A stretch of 64,000 bases of DNA from an uncultured Prevotella sp. (GTDB lineage Bacteria; Bacteroidota; Bacteroidia; Bacteroidales; Bacteroidaceae). The position numbers were made by a program, and so were the translations under genes. The notes under the pieces were generated by a model. It was not told where the DNA came from and ran no database searches. It worked only from the letters and a program-made list of their open reading frames with translations. Below are positions 50,701 through 56,473 of the stretch, piece by piece; position 1 is the first letter of the stretch; each line of letters begins with the position of its first letter. The stretch covers positions 3,750-67,749 of the forward strand of contig CALFUF010000049.1 in assembly GCA_937916405.1 (NCBI GenBank), given 5' to 3'.

Positions 50701-53305
50701 TCACTACTACGTGGATATTCCTGATGCCCATGTGAAACGTGATCCGAAGATTTACATCACGGACGGACAGAACGGTGCCCAGCAGTTGAAGGACTTCTTC
50801 GATTTGAGTACGGGCGAAACGTTGACGGGTCATGCTTCTCTTAACGAACAAGTAAAGGATTGTCAGAACTTGGAGTTCTTTATGCATACCAATGTGGAAG
50901 TACCTGAGGGTACTGACTGGACACCTATTGGTAATGATACTCATTGCTTCGAAGGTAATCTGCATGGTGACGGCTACTATATCAGTGGACTGAGCAACTC
51001 GTTGTTCGGAAACCTCTGCGGTAGTGTCTTTAACCTCGGTGTCAAAGGCTCGTTCACGGGTGCTGGTATCGCTGAGACGGGTAGGGGCTATGTGGAGAAC
51101 TGTTGGGTCAGCACCAGTAGTACGGAGGCAAAGACCTCGATGCCTGTCTTCCATAATCCGACACGTGGTAGTGGCTATCAGATGGTGAACTGCTACTATC
51201 AGGAGGAGGATGATGCCACTAATAAGTACACGAACCATAGTGGTTCTTACGGTATTCCTACCCGTATGCCGGCGAGTGCCTTCTACAACGGTACGGTTGC
51301 CTACGACTTGAACGGCTTCTATCTCTACAAACGTTACAATGACGGTAAGAAGACCGCATCTGGTACTGACTATACCTATTATATTATTAATAAGGAAGAC
51401 GGTACCTTGTCTGACCCGCAGACTGGTCATTATGAGAAGACCCATGCACAGTACTGCTCTTCTGGTGTGGAGAATATCTACCTGGGTGGCGGTTATGTCG
51501 AGGATCGCTTCGCTGACGGTGACTTCCGTTATGCTGACGGTGAGATACCTGAGACGAAAGATGTCCGTATGTATACCGATGAGGACGAGAAGACCTTCTT
51601 CTATCCTATCTGGCCTGACGACTACCTCTACTTCGGACAGATGCTGACCTACAAGTGGAACGACGCACGTCCACATGAGGAGGTGCCCTCACATATCTAT
51701 AAGAGCAGCGGCAGACTGGCGGATAACGACCAGAGCAACCGTGTCTATCGTGCTCCTGCCTACTATCAGAGCAAGACGATGGATGTCGCCCACTTCAATC
51801 CTGCCGTCAACCTCGTTGCCTACAGCAAGCCCGAGAACCAGTATGACACGAACCTGACAGCGGCTTATCCTAACATGACCGCTATCGACTTTGCCGGTCA
51901 CAACGATACAGCCTATCAGCTCGGGCTCAATGGCAAGTGGTTCTACCAGCCGTTGCTCGATGACGACGGTCTTATCAGCATCGCTAACCGCGACGAGACA
52001 CCGAACCTGCTCGTTTATGCTCCGTCATCAGAGCAGAACGAGAAGACCTATAATGTACTGACGGGTTACTTCACCGAGCCAGTCTATAGCGATAAATATC
52101 ATAATGATAACAACCGTTGCGTGGATATCTCTTCAACGCAAGCGATCTATGGACATCTGGTACAGAGTGACCTCACGGCAACCAATGACCATCAGTTGGT
52201 CGACAAGCGTGACTTCAACTGTCCTATCAGCTACAGCTTCGATAGCGACCATCGTATGTGGCACCAGCGTACCCCAGACCATTATGTCGATCTGACGAAG
52301 GGTTGGGAGGCTGTCAGTCTGCCGTTCACCGCCGAACTGGTAACTACCCAGCAAAAGGGTGAGATCACCCACTTCTACAGCGGTAGCCGTTCCGTGGACG
52401 AGAACGGTACCAAGACGGGTCATGAGTACTGGCTCCGTAAATATAAGGGTAAGGCAGAGAAAGAGGGAACGCCCGATACCTATATCGCAGCATTTAACTA
52501 TCCGGATGCCGCAGGTGACTCCAAGACGGTAGGTAATACATTCTTGTGGGACTACTATTACAGTAAGAATGCTCAGAAAGATGCGAATACGGATATCTAC
52601 CAGCGTTACTATGAGACGGAACGCAACCTGGCGAAGTATCCGTTGTTGGCGAATGCCGTACCATATATCATCGGATTCCCAGGTACGACTTACTATGAGT
52701 TCGACCTGAGTGGTCAGTGGACACCGAGTCATACCGCTACACCTGCTCCTGCGAGACTCGACAGGCAGACCATCACCTTCGCTTCTAATCCTGGCGTTAC
52801 GATTCAGGTGAGTGACGATGAGGGTGATGGCACGACAGCTGACGACTATATCTTCAAGAAGAACTACGTCAGCAAGACGCTGGATGCAGATGCCGCATAC
52901 ATCATGAGCAGTGACGGTGGCAGTTTCGACAAGATAACGGCGGCAACGACGACCGTTCCGTTCCGTCCGTACTTCGAGAAAGCTCCTGCCTCCGGCTCAC
53001 GTCAGATGGCAAGCCGTATCCTCTTCGACAGCGATGAGTCGTCCTTCGCCTTCGGTGATGAAGACCCGTCGAAGGAGGAGATAGGAGGGGGCGACCTGCT
53101 CTTCACCATCCGCAAGCATGAGATTGCCGTGACCTCGTCACTCCGTCATGCCGCCGATGTGCGTATCGTCAACGTGAGTGGTATCACCGTTGCCAACTTC
53201 ACCATCCAGCCGGGTGAGACCGTCGAGCGTCACATCCCGATCGCAGGTGTCTACATCGTCCGTGCCGATAACGGTCGCATCCAGAAGAAAATCGCTTTAA
53301 AATAA
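41795..53305 (+). CDS. Giant (3836 aa) secreted protein with many (V/I)(Y/F)GGG repeats and T9SS-like C-terminal domain
   Basis: Signal peptide, numerous NVYGG/VFGGG motifs, WTPIG..FEGNLHGDG module, C-terminal DVRIVNVSG..GVYIV..KKIALK. Confidence 0.82.
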   Translation: MTDIYNIIRCSFLKRLLLLAVMVTGHWSLVNGQILIGGSVYGGGNAGDVSGNTAVTVNAGDLNEVFGGARQANVGGHAFVNINGEKASDYILINRVYGGNDISGQIGTNSELTKTIPEGITEASANNVDNTWNAFVRISSSNTVEQTNEKGKVYLGQLFGGGNGAYDYDSKKLEDNTANPYYGLTKPELDRTYLEIVGGSMVYAFGGGNNATVKENAVIYVENTSPVVNSVKDAAGYELLTDARIKEMGFNPGYTYPTSAAYQIGSFFGGNNLEAMHIRPKWNLQKGKIRNIYSGGNRGAMTSPVGLLLEIDPQGTTEEEKKQLIIDNVYGGCRMADVHPLTEAGGDVASDDIQLPESEGYKFPPGLSARVLVRGGDINNVYGGNDITGRVYGGNAVGVYTSINGDVYGGGNGAYPYTDNAYLMNDQTYGDLYYTIPVGKTSVEALNAFRPNAEQVSIRLVGTESKPTIIGGSVYVGGNCATLATTKADARVELKIGSYVYADQVFLGNNGEGMVETNEEVKEGTVVVKHEGVLRTMKSTRITSDESKFSSIDLLTDATTFASYMDGVAMSLMPRVTFDDSHKLLNPDPADYEPYSSYFGSFFCGGNVGSMTSSGKTTIDFDHKVVIFNKLVGGSNNANVKGTDYNAAYEGGLLGNADSNGDKLELNLSGLKIQPKRWKNPDDKSEGLIWNTIYASTGIKTDPVTSGENEDSNEYDLDRRLTGGNIYGGCYNSGHVNGNVILNLNETIFDRKIVFDEVELNTESGEPKLYGNDSYKITKRHTGVLLDKQGMDVLGTALNVFGGGYGKDSEIWGSTTINLNKGYTFQIFGGGEQGVIGKSDDGDGKSITFNNKTFKYNPKYSCTINVNGQYAGVYRGHQDDNDDMAEAEFIYGGAFFGPVCGNTTINLGNGRVFNTFAGSCMADILGHTETYIGYNGGFPYVRDYVYGGNDLGGKILGLGNFESRVRTNDNGGYDAKGKVSHTDMLNASAYVEYQQGRVENIYGGCYGVYDYTDAHYGEYFYNTDGEGTMGTAREGYSKPWLDNAFVNFRPTDNISNTVNLVYGAGEGYLGEKEENKMQNRSYILVDIPQTMTSFSSTEFFGAGERGGVGMAVIDLARGKIKAVYGGSYEEGVTRRTVVNVPAGSIIQLEKIFGGAYGTSNEHSCDVYEANVNWNSSDALVGGYRTGIYGGNNAFRRTLYSKVNINAPVYYDKDNEYYATVYGAGYGKDTWSQYTEVNLNNTAQVYEVYGGGQLGRVMNQISTDAWRAEMAAQTDPVTIDLGLDDYEDTGLDNDLAIAEYDGKKYNTNVLIKEGAWVSGYIYNGTRSGAYAYGGGLGSDEENTGDVHGTTFIGLFGGKVEKDIYAAGTSGSVNDKYHVYDFIASANAYIEGGTCRNVYGGGWKGSVGYHDGAIDGSTENDVLGETHVVIGKRDGSSYVDGIPAIERNAYGGGEGGAVFGTTNITLNNGFVGYRYFADEPTDKTRSYISAGDGYYQEKLDDETWNGDGTNRLYDSGCIFGGGYIDNSSVDFSHVFMYGGHVRNSLFGGGEIAAIGRGVISATGENNSVRTLQGIYKAGQSNVTLYEGHVHRNVFGGGRGYNNLGEGGTLYSDGYVFGQTRVYIHGGEIGNETVSSDEERKGNGNVFGGGDIGYVYSAYEEDGKLHVGIKRGERYGEDEDNPGEGYYYKYRVGDDSNYGAYTPGTKTDTDEGWKKEDDEYVLTEDCKVLVEPHPRVTSESVTYDGVTYDVGDYVPTTYLNTLGNKDAAGWSSLDDFGIIIHNAVFAGGNTSSGSATVFANATTVFGNATASVHDVYNRDLITIGSSHVGGLYGDGNLTFVDGYRGLNITNYGTDYYSISKEISLSKYEVLPDREKAYYELRYLCKKECTDKEGKTYKLGSTISQDELVTLFNGIKDGGVSILGPDGEPNSTYWVANGVCSRYAGRPMNTIQRADFCGVWGSRMVLQGAPDRVPETVDYTNYTINRVRELSLNKKVSVITADASDEEKKEHGNYFGIYNVVNYLGALSSDFDFGDGGTGSDVGTGTPRTSDNTDTGTYGPQYEGQTFFGWKKNHINDRTRNNGNSHNQVALASGVYLELTSEKSTGTGLKEKVWGYITGVVELDLINVQTGVGGGFVYAKNEHGKRGRTGVTHHTITDLNEGAVSYKQFKYETDDSKREEWQSSGNFVHSTQTIIDDCYNISGKYLKADGVPAHYWYIKGEVYVYDQYISAYTGAPNAYSEQVEIPLTITAASHGKMKLLNVMPNKYAYYAVNNGTTQTKLEGDRKIVINDVEYGVNTPISYWDWYLLTASEKALFVEDTYYVKEDCWIGDTEYKAGTVLLSSEYSAIRGTDDTAPTVIQKKEVNDEIKDVEVDFDFVFRSSNNLSHDTGYLLTYKVNNPSKWNSTGATYCLKDETGSILGQRSYKQGEIISNEVYDTYQTAKTTYPSAVKDGQASFEKAYIVTSQVTVPASGSTPESHYYAGTTISATEASNSAFSGHVDEAYVCTHTIQLSPTEYIFINTKMSKADKDAYLTTYAGNEELIKEINEGIVPAYYCTSEGLYGGNYYNTGENYRALEAWASMSEDDREHFSFNYDALDLLIDPTYSRRADGTLRRPDGQKYQYDSAAETLAGAQANPPQFSLEQPVDYTATYNGTDTGTYNGVTLSNGGEYTREQFEKLPNEQRYYSTIAVKDETTIYVVNNGFQVGNTPYAVGTTISSETYNSLGDTERANITRLTFSESDKNQTFYFCREAYEIGTGGTAITSAGVGGATSYSGGSNVPVGVVIGETDYSRLVNHQKDFTIHGIAPTATTTLYVSRESDIFDLSKEKIITVIYEYDYEESDSQGNVTPVSERHVVNIHIEFKSGIPIVEDIKRPQIILPGTKLGLREPVVTPGAYEITGGGWELFENIDDAESHINGIDYLPNSDQLYWYQDGYHVAYYAKTYLGKTYSNHEPISVANYHDLTKVMDDGKHHYYVDIPDAHVKRDPKIYITDGQNGAQQLKDFFDLSTGETLTGHASLNEQVKDCQNLEFFMHTNVEVPEGTDWTPIGNDTHCFEGNLHGDGYYISGLSNSLFGNLCGSVFNLGVKGSFTGAGIAETGRGYVENCWVSTSSTEAKTSMPVFHNPTRGSGYQMVNCYYQEEDDATNKYTNHSGSYGIPTRMPASAFYNGTVAYDLNGFYLYKRYNDGKKTASGTDYTYYIINKEDGTLSDPQTGHYEKTHAQYCSSGVENIYLGGGYVEDRFADGDFRYADGEIPETKDVRMYTDEDEKTFFYPIWPDDYLYFGQMLTYKWNDARPHEEVPSHIYKSSGRLADNDQSNRVYRAPAYYQSKTMDVAHFNPAVNLVAYSKPENQYDTNLTAAYPNMTAIDFAGHNDTAYQLGLNGKWFYQPLLDDDGLISIANRDETPNLLVYAPSSEQNEKTYNVLTGYFTEPVYSDKYHNDNNRCVDISSTQAIYGHLVQSDLTATNDHQLVDKRDFNCPISYSFDSDHRMWHQRTPDHYVDLTKGWEAVSLPFTAELVTTQQKGEITHFYSGSRSVDENGTKTGHEYWLRKYKGKAEKEGTPDTYIAAFNYPDAAGDSKTVGNTFLWDYYYSKNAQKDANTDIYQRYYETERNLAKYPLLANAVPYIIGFPGTTYYEFDLSGQWTPSHTATPAPARLDRQTITFASNPGVTIQVSDDEGDGTTADDYIFKKNYVSKTLDADAAYIMSSDGGSFDKITAATTTVPFRPYFEKAPASGSRQMASRILFDSDESSFAFGDEDPSKEEIGGGDLLFTIRKHEIAVTSSLRHAADVRIVNVSGITVANFTIQPGETVERHIPIAGVYIVRADNGRIQKKIALK
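41859..41893. repeat. Heptamer array (TGGTCAN)x5 in the signal-peptide coding region
   Basis: TGGTCAC TGGTCAC TGGTCAT TGGTCAA TGGTCAG. Confidence 0.85.
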
Positions 53306-53316
53306 AAAGTTAAAAT

Positions 53317-54201
53317 ATGACACACGATATAGATTTGCAGAAAAGTCAACAGGGTGAGATTATCCTCTACCAGCCTGACGAGACCGTGCGGCTCGATGTC
53401 AGGTTGGAGGATGAGACTGTGTGGCTGACGCAGGCACAGATGGCGGAACTCTTCCAGAAGGACCAGTCTGTGATAGCAAGGCATATTGGCAATGTGTTCC
53501 GTGAGGGAGAACTTGATGAAAATAGTAATATGCAAATTTTGCATAATACTCTGTCAAAATATAAGCCGACAAAGATATATAGTCTTGATGTTATTATTTC
53601 TGTAGGCTATCGGGTTAAAAGTAAGAGAGGTATCCAGTTTAGGATTTGGGCAACATCTGTTTTAAGAGATTTTCTTCTTCGTGGATATGCTGCAAGTCAG
53701 CGTATCGAGATACTGAAAGAAAATGTGGACGAACGTCTTTTTAAACATGAAAAAAGGATAGAGGCAATAGAAGAAAAGATTGATTTCTTCGTACGTACAA
53801 ACCAACCACCTGTAGAAGGCGTGCTTTTTGAAGGTCAGATATTCGATGCCTATAAGTTGGTGGAAGCACTTGTTAAGTCTGCGAAACGGGAGATCGTCTT
53901 GATTGACAACTATATAGATGCTTCCGTCTTCGATCTGCTTGAAAAACGAGAACAAGGTGTCAGTGCAACCATCTATACCGAGCATGTAGGGCAGTCGCTC
54001 TTGCATCTGCAGCAGTTGAACCACCAGCAGTACCGTCGGCGCATAGAGTTAAAGGAGTACAACAGCCGTTTCCACGACCGTTTCCTTATCTTAGACGACC
54101 ATCTCTACCATTTTGGAGCATCCTTCAAGGACTTAGGCAAACGCTTGTTCGCTTTTGAACTGATGGGCATTGATAAAAATACTATTCTGAACCAACTATA
54201 A
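53317..54201 (+). CDS. RhuM-like DNA-binding protein with C-terminal PLD-like (HDRFL) domain, copy 1
   Basis: GEIILYQPD, ETVWLTQAQMAELF, LDVIISVGYRVKS.RG.QFR.WA; C-terminal IDNYID, FHDRFLILD, YHFGASFKDLGK. Confidence 0.82.
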   Translation: MTHDIDLQKSQQGEIILYQPDETVRLDVRLEDETVWLTQAQMAELFQKDQSVIARHIGNVFREGELDENSNMQILHNTLSKYKPTKIYSLDVIISVGYRVKSKRGIQFRIWATSVLRDFLLRGYAASQRIEILKENVDERLFKHEKRIEAIEEKIDFFVRTNQPPVEGVLFEGQIFDAYKLVEALVKSAKREIVLIDNYIDASVFDLLEKREQGVSATIYTEHVGQSLLHLQQLNHQQYRRRIELKEYNSRFHDRFLILDDHLYHFGASFKDLGKRLFAFELMGIDKNTILNQL

Positions 54202-54226
54202 TAGATATGACACACGATATGAAAAC

Positions 54227-54271
54227 CATGTGCAACAAGTCTGCAAACTAATTAATGAACTAAGGGAATAG
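54227..54271 (+). pseudogene. 3' stump of an Abi paralog
   Basis: HVQQVCKLINELRE* aligns with HFQKICQKIDKLKPI* of 54708..55406 and is followed by the same RNA unit. Confidence 0.6.
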
Positions 54272-54323
54272 AAAAACAATACCCACCGGTTTGACTTACG
54301 TCAGGGACACGGTGGGAATCCTC
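54272..54323 (-). ncRNA. Putative Abi-associated antitoxin-like small RNA, copy A
   Basis: Promoter box TATCTTTG (54335-54328), stem CCCACCG/CGGUGGG, inner UGAC-GUAA-GUCA, U-rich tail; ends approximate. Confidence 0.65.
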
Positions 54324-54393
54324 ACTGCAAAGATAGGTAATTATTCGATATGAACCAGATAAATCCGCAAGGAATTAACAAAAAATAACGACT

Positions 54394-54604
54394 ATGACAC
54401 GAGATATGAGGCATACAGGCGAAATCATTCTCTATCAGCCCGACATCACAAAGTGTCAGACACTTTGTGATCAGATACGACAATTGCAGCAGGAATACGG
54501 CACAAATTTCTCAGAAAAGAATTATAGAAAAAGCCAAGCACCGTTTGGCCAATTCAGCAGACACGTCTGGTGGATTGCAGAAAAGTATATTGAAACCCGT
54601 ATAA
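54394..54604 (+). pseudogene. Chimeric remnant: RhuM 5' end fused to an Abi-like 3' end
   Basis: MTRDMRHTGEIILYQPD (RhuM start), then KCQTLCDQIRQL (Q..C..I..L as in the Abi C-terminus) and ATTGAAACCCGTATAA matching the Abi end ATTGAAACCCATATAA. Confidence 0.55.
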
Positions 54605-54653
54605 AAACCAAACCCGATAGCTTGACTAATGTCAGGGGCTACCGGGAATCAGC
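54603..54653 (-). ncRNA. Putative Abi-associated small RNA, copy B (divergent sequence, same fold)
   Basis: TTTG-20nt-TACCTTTG promoter (54689-54658), stem CCCGGUAGC/GCUAUCGGG, inner UGAC-AUUA-GUCA, U tail. Confidence 0.65.
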
Positions 54654-54707
54654 GGTGCAAAGGTAATATTATTTTCGGAAACTACCAAATAAATTAAGAA
54701 AAAAAAT

Positions 54708-55406
54708 ATGGAATATAGGATTTTTGAGCATATTTTGTCACCTAACAGGATGCAAAGGTACCTAAATGCCTGTCATGGGGATACTCGTAAAGCAATGACG
54801 TTATATAGATATAACCTTCACCTTTCACATGAGATGTTCACTATCATTAGCTGTTTTGAGGTAGCACTCCGAAATGCAATAGATAATCAATTAAAGCCTT
54901 CTTTTGGCGATAGTTGGCTGAGGGACTCTATCTTGCCTAATGGTTTTTTAACTTCGCGTAATACGGTAAAAACTTATGAAATTATAAAGCATACTTATGA
55001 CAAATTAGTTGCTGAGGGGAAATACAGCCATACTAAGTTACTTTCAGGTTTGGATTTCGGTATTTGGAAGTATATGTTCTCCCCTGCACAATTCAATGCT
55101 ACAGGGCGTGTCCTTTTGCGGATCTTCCCTAATAAGACACGTTCAACACCACAAAAGCAGTATAATCATTCATATATTTTTAATGAATTGGATAAAGTAA
55201 ATACTTTGCGTAACCGAATTGCTCATCATGAGCCAATATGTTTCTTGTTTGAGCAACCAGTAATAGACACTGGTTTTATACTTAATGAATATAACAAGAT
55301 ACAAATCCTATTTCAATGGATGGGTATTGATAGTCGGTCAATGTTATACGGTCTTGACCATTTTCAGAAGATATGCCAAAAGATAGACAAATTGAAACCC
55401 ATATAA
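54708..55406 (+). CDS. Abi family (Abi_2/AbiF-like) HEPN ribonuclease
   Basis: LS..RM.RY, LYRYN..LS, FEVALRNAI, LDFGIW, HEPN motif RNRIAH. Confidence 0.8.
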   Translation: MEYRIFEHILSPNRMQRYLNACHGDTRKAMTLYRYNLHLSHEMFTIISCFEVALRNAIDNQLKPSFGDSWLRDSILPNGFLTSRNTVKTYEIIKHTYDKLVAEGKYSHTKLLSGLDFGIWKYMFSPAQFNATGRVLLRIFPNKTRSTPQKQYNHSYIFNELDKVNTLRNRIAHHEPICFLFEQPVIDTGFILNEYNKIQILFQWMGIDSRSMLYGLDHFQKICQKIDKLKPI

Positions 55407-55455
55407 AACAATACCCACCAGTTTGGCTTTCGTCAGGGACACGGTGGGATTCAAC
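55405..55455 (-). ncRNA. Putative Abi-associated small RNA, copy C (adjacent to the intact Abi stop)
   Basis: TTTG-20nt-TATTTTTG promoter (55491-55460), stem CCCACCG/UGGUGGG, GAAA loop; 106-bp unit nearly identical to 54273..54378. Confidence 0.65.
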
Positions 55456-55550
55456 ACTGCAAAAATAGGTAATTATTCGATATGAACCAAATATTTCCGC
55501 AAGGAATTAATAAAATATAACAAGAGCCACGAATCAAACGAATTGAACGA

Positions 55551-56468
55551 ATGAAGATGACACACGATATAGATTTGCAGAAAAGTCAACAGGGGGAGAT
55601 CATCCTTTACCAGCCAGACGAGACCGTACGGCTCGATGTCAGGTTGGAAGATGATACCGTGTGGCTGACGCAGGCACAGATGGCGGAGTTGTTTCAGACC
55701 ACCCGTAACAACATAACCCTTCATATAGGCAATGTATTCAAAGAGGGGGAACTTGTTGAAACTTCAGTTCGTAAGGATTCCTTACTAACTGCTGCAGATG
55801 GGAAGAATTACCGTACTAAGCTCTATAACTTAGACGTAATCATTTCAGTCGGTTATCGGGTAAAGTCACAACGAGGTACGCAATTTCGCCAATGGGCAAA
55901 TAAAGTCATTAAGGATTATCTGCTCAGAGGCTTTGCTATAAACCGTCAGTTGGAACGCTTGGAGTCGCGTATGGATGCCCGCTTTGAAAAACAACATGAT
56001 GAGGTATTGCAAATAAAGCAAACTTTGGCAGACCATCAGGAAAAAATAGATTTCTTCGTACGTACGAATCAACCACCTGTAGAGGGTATACTTTTTGAAG
56101 GTCAGATATTCGATGCTTATAAGTTGGTGGAAGCACTCGTAAAATCTGCGAAGCAGGAGATAATTTTGATTGACAACTATATAGATGCTTCCGTCTTCGA
56201 TCTGCTTGAGAAACGGGAACAAGGTGTCAGTGCAACCATCTATACCGAGCATGTGGTACAGTCGCTCATGCATCTGCAGCAGTTGAACCAGCAGCAGTAC
56301 TGTCGGCGTATAGAGTTGAGGGAGTACAACAGCCGTTTCCACGACCGTTTCCTTATCTTAGACGACCATCTCTATCATTTCGGAGCCTCCTTCAAGGACT
56401 TAGGCAAACGCCTGTTCGCTTTTGAACTGATGGGCATTGATAAAAATACTATTCTGAACCAACTATAA
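55551..56468 (+). CDS. RhuM-like protein with C-terminal PLD-like domain, copy 2
   Basis: Same motifs as copy 1; near-identical N- and C-termini, divergent middle. Confidence 0.82.
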   Translation: MKMTHDIDLQKSQQGEIILYQPDETVRLDVRLEDDTVWLTQAQMAELFQTTRNNITLHIGNVFKEGELVETSVRKDSLLTAADGKNYRTKLYNLDVIISVGYRVKSQRGTQFRQWANKVIKDYLLRGFAINRQLERLESRMDARFEKQHDEVLQIKQTLADHQEKIDFFVRTNQPPVEGILFEGQIFDAYKLVEALVKSAKQEIILIDNYIDASVFDLLEKREQGVSATIYTEHVVQSLMHLQQLNQQQYCRRIELREYNSRFHDRFLILDDHLYHFGASFKDLGKRLFAFELMGIDKNTILNQL

Positions 56469-56473
56469 TAGAT

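Noticed and set aside
54273..55510. The three RNA units as CRISPR repeats
   Set aside because: Irregular spacing of hundreds of bp, each unit has its own promoter, and the intervening DNA is gene remnants or a gene
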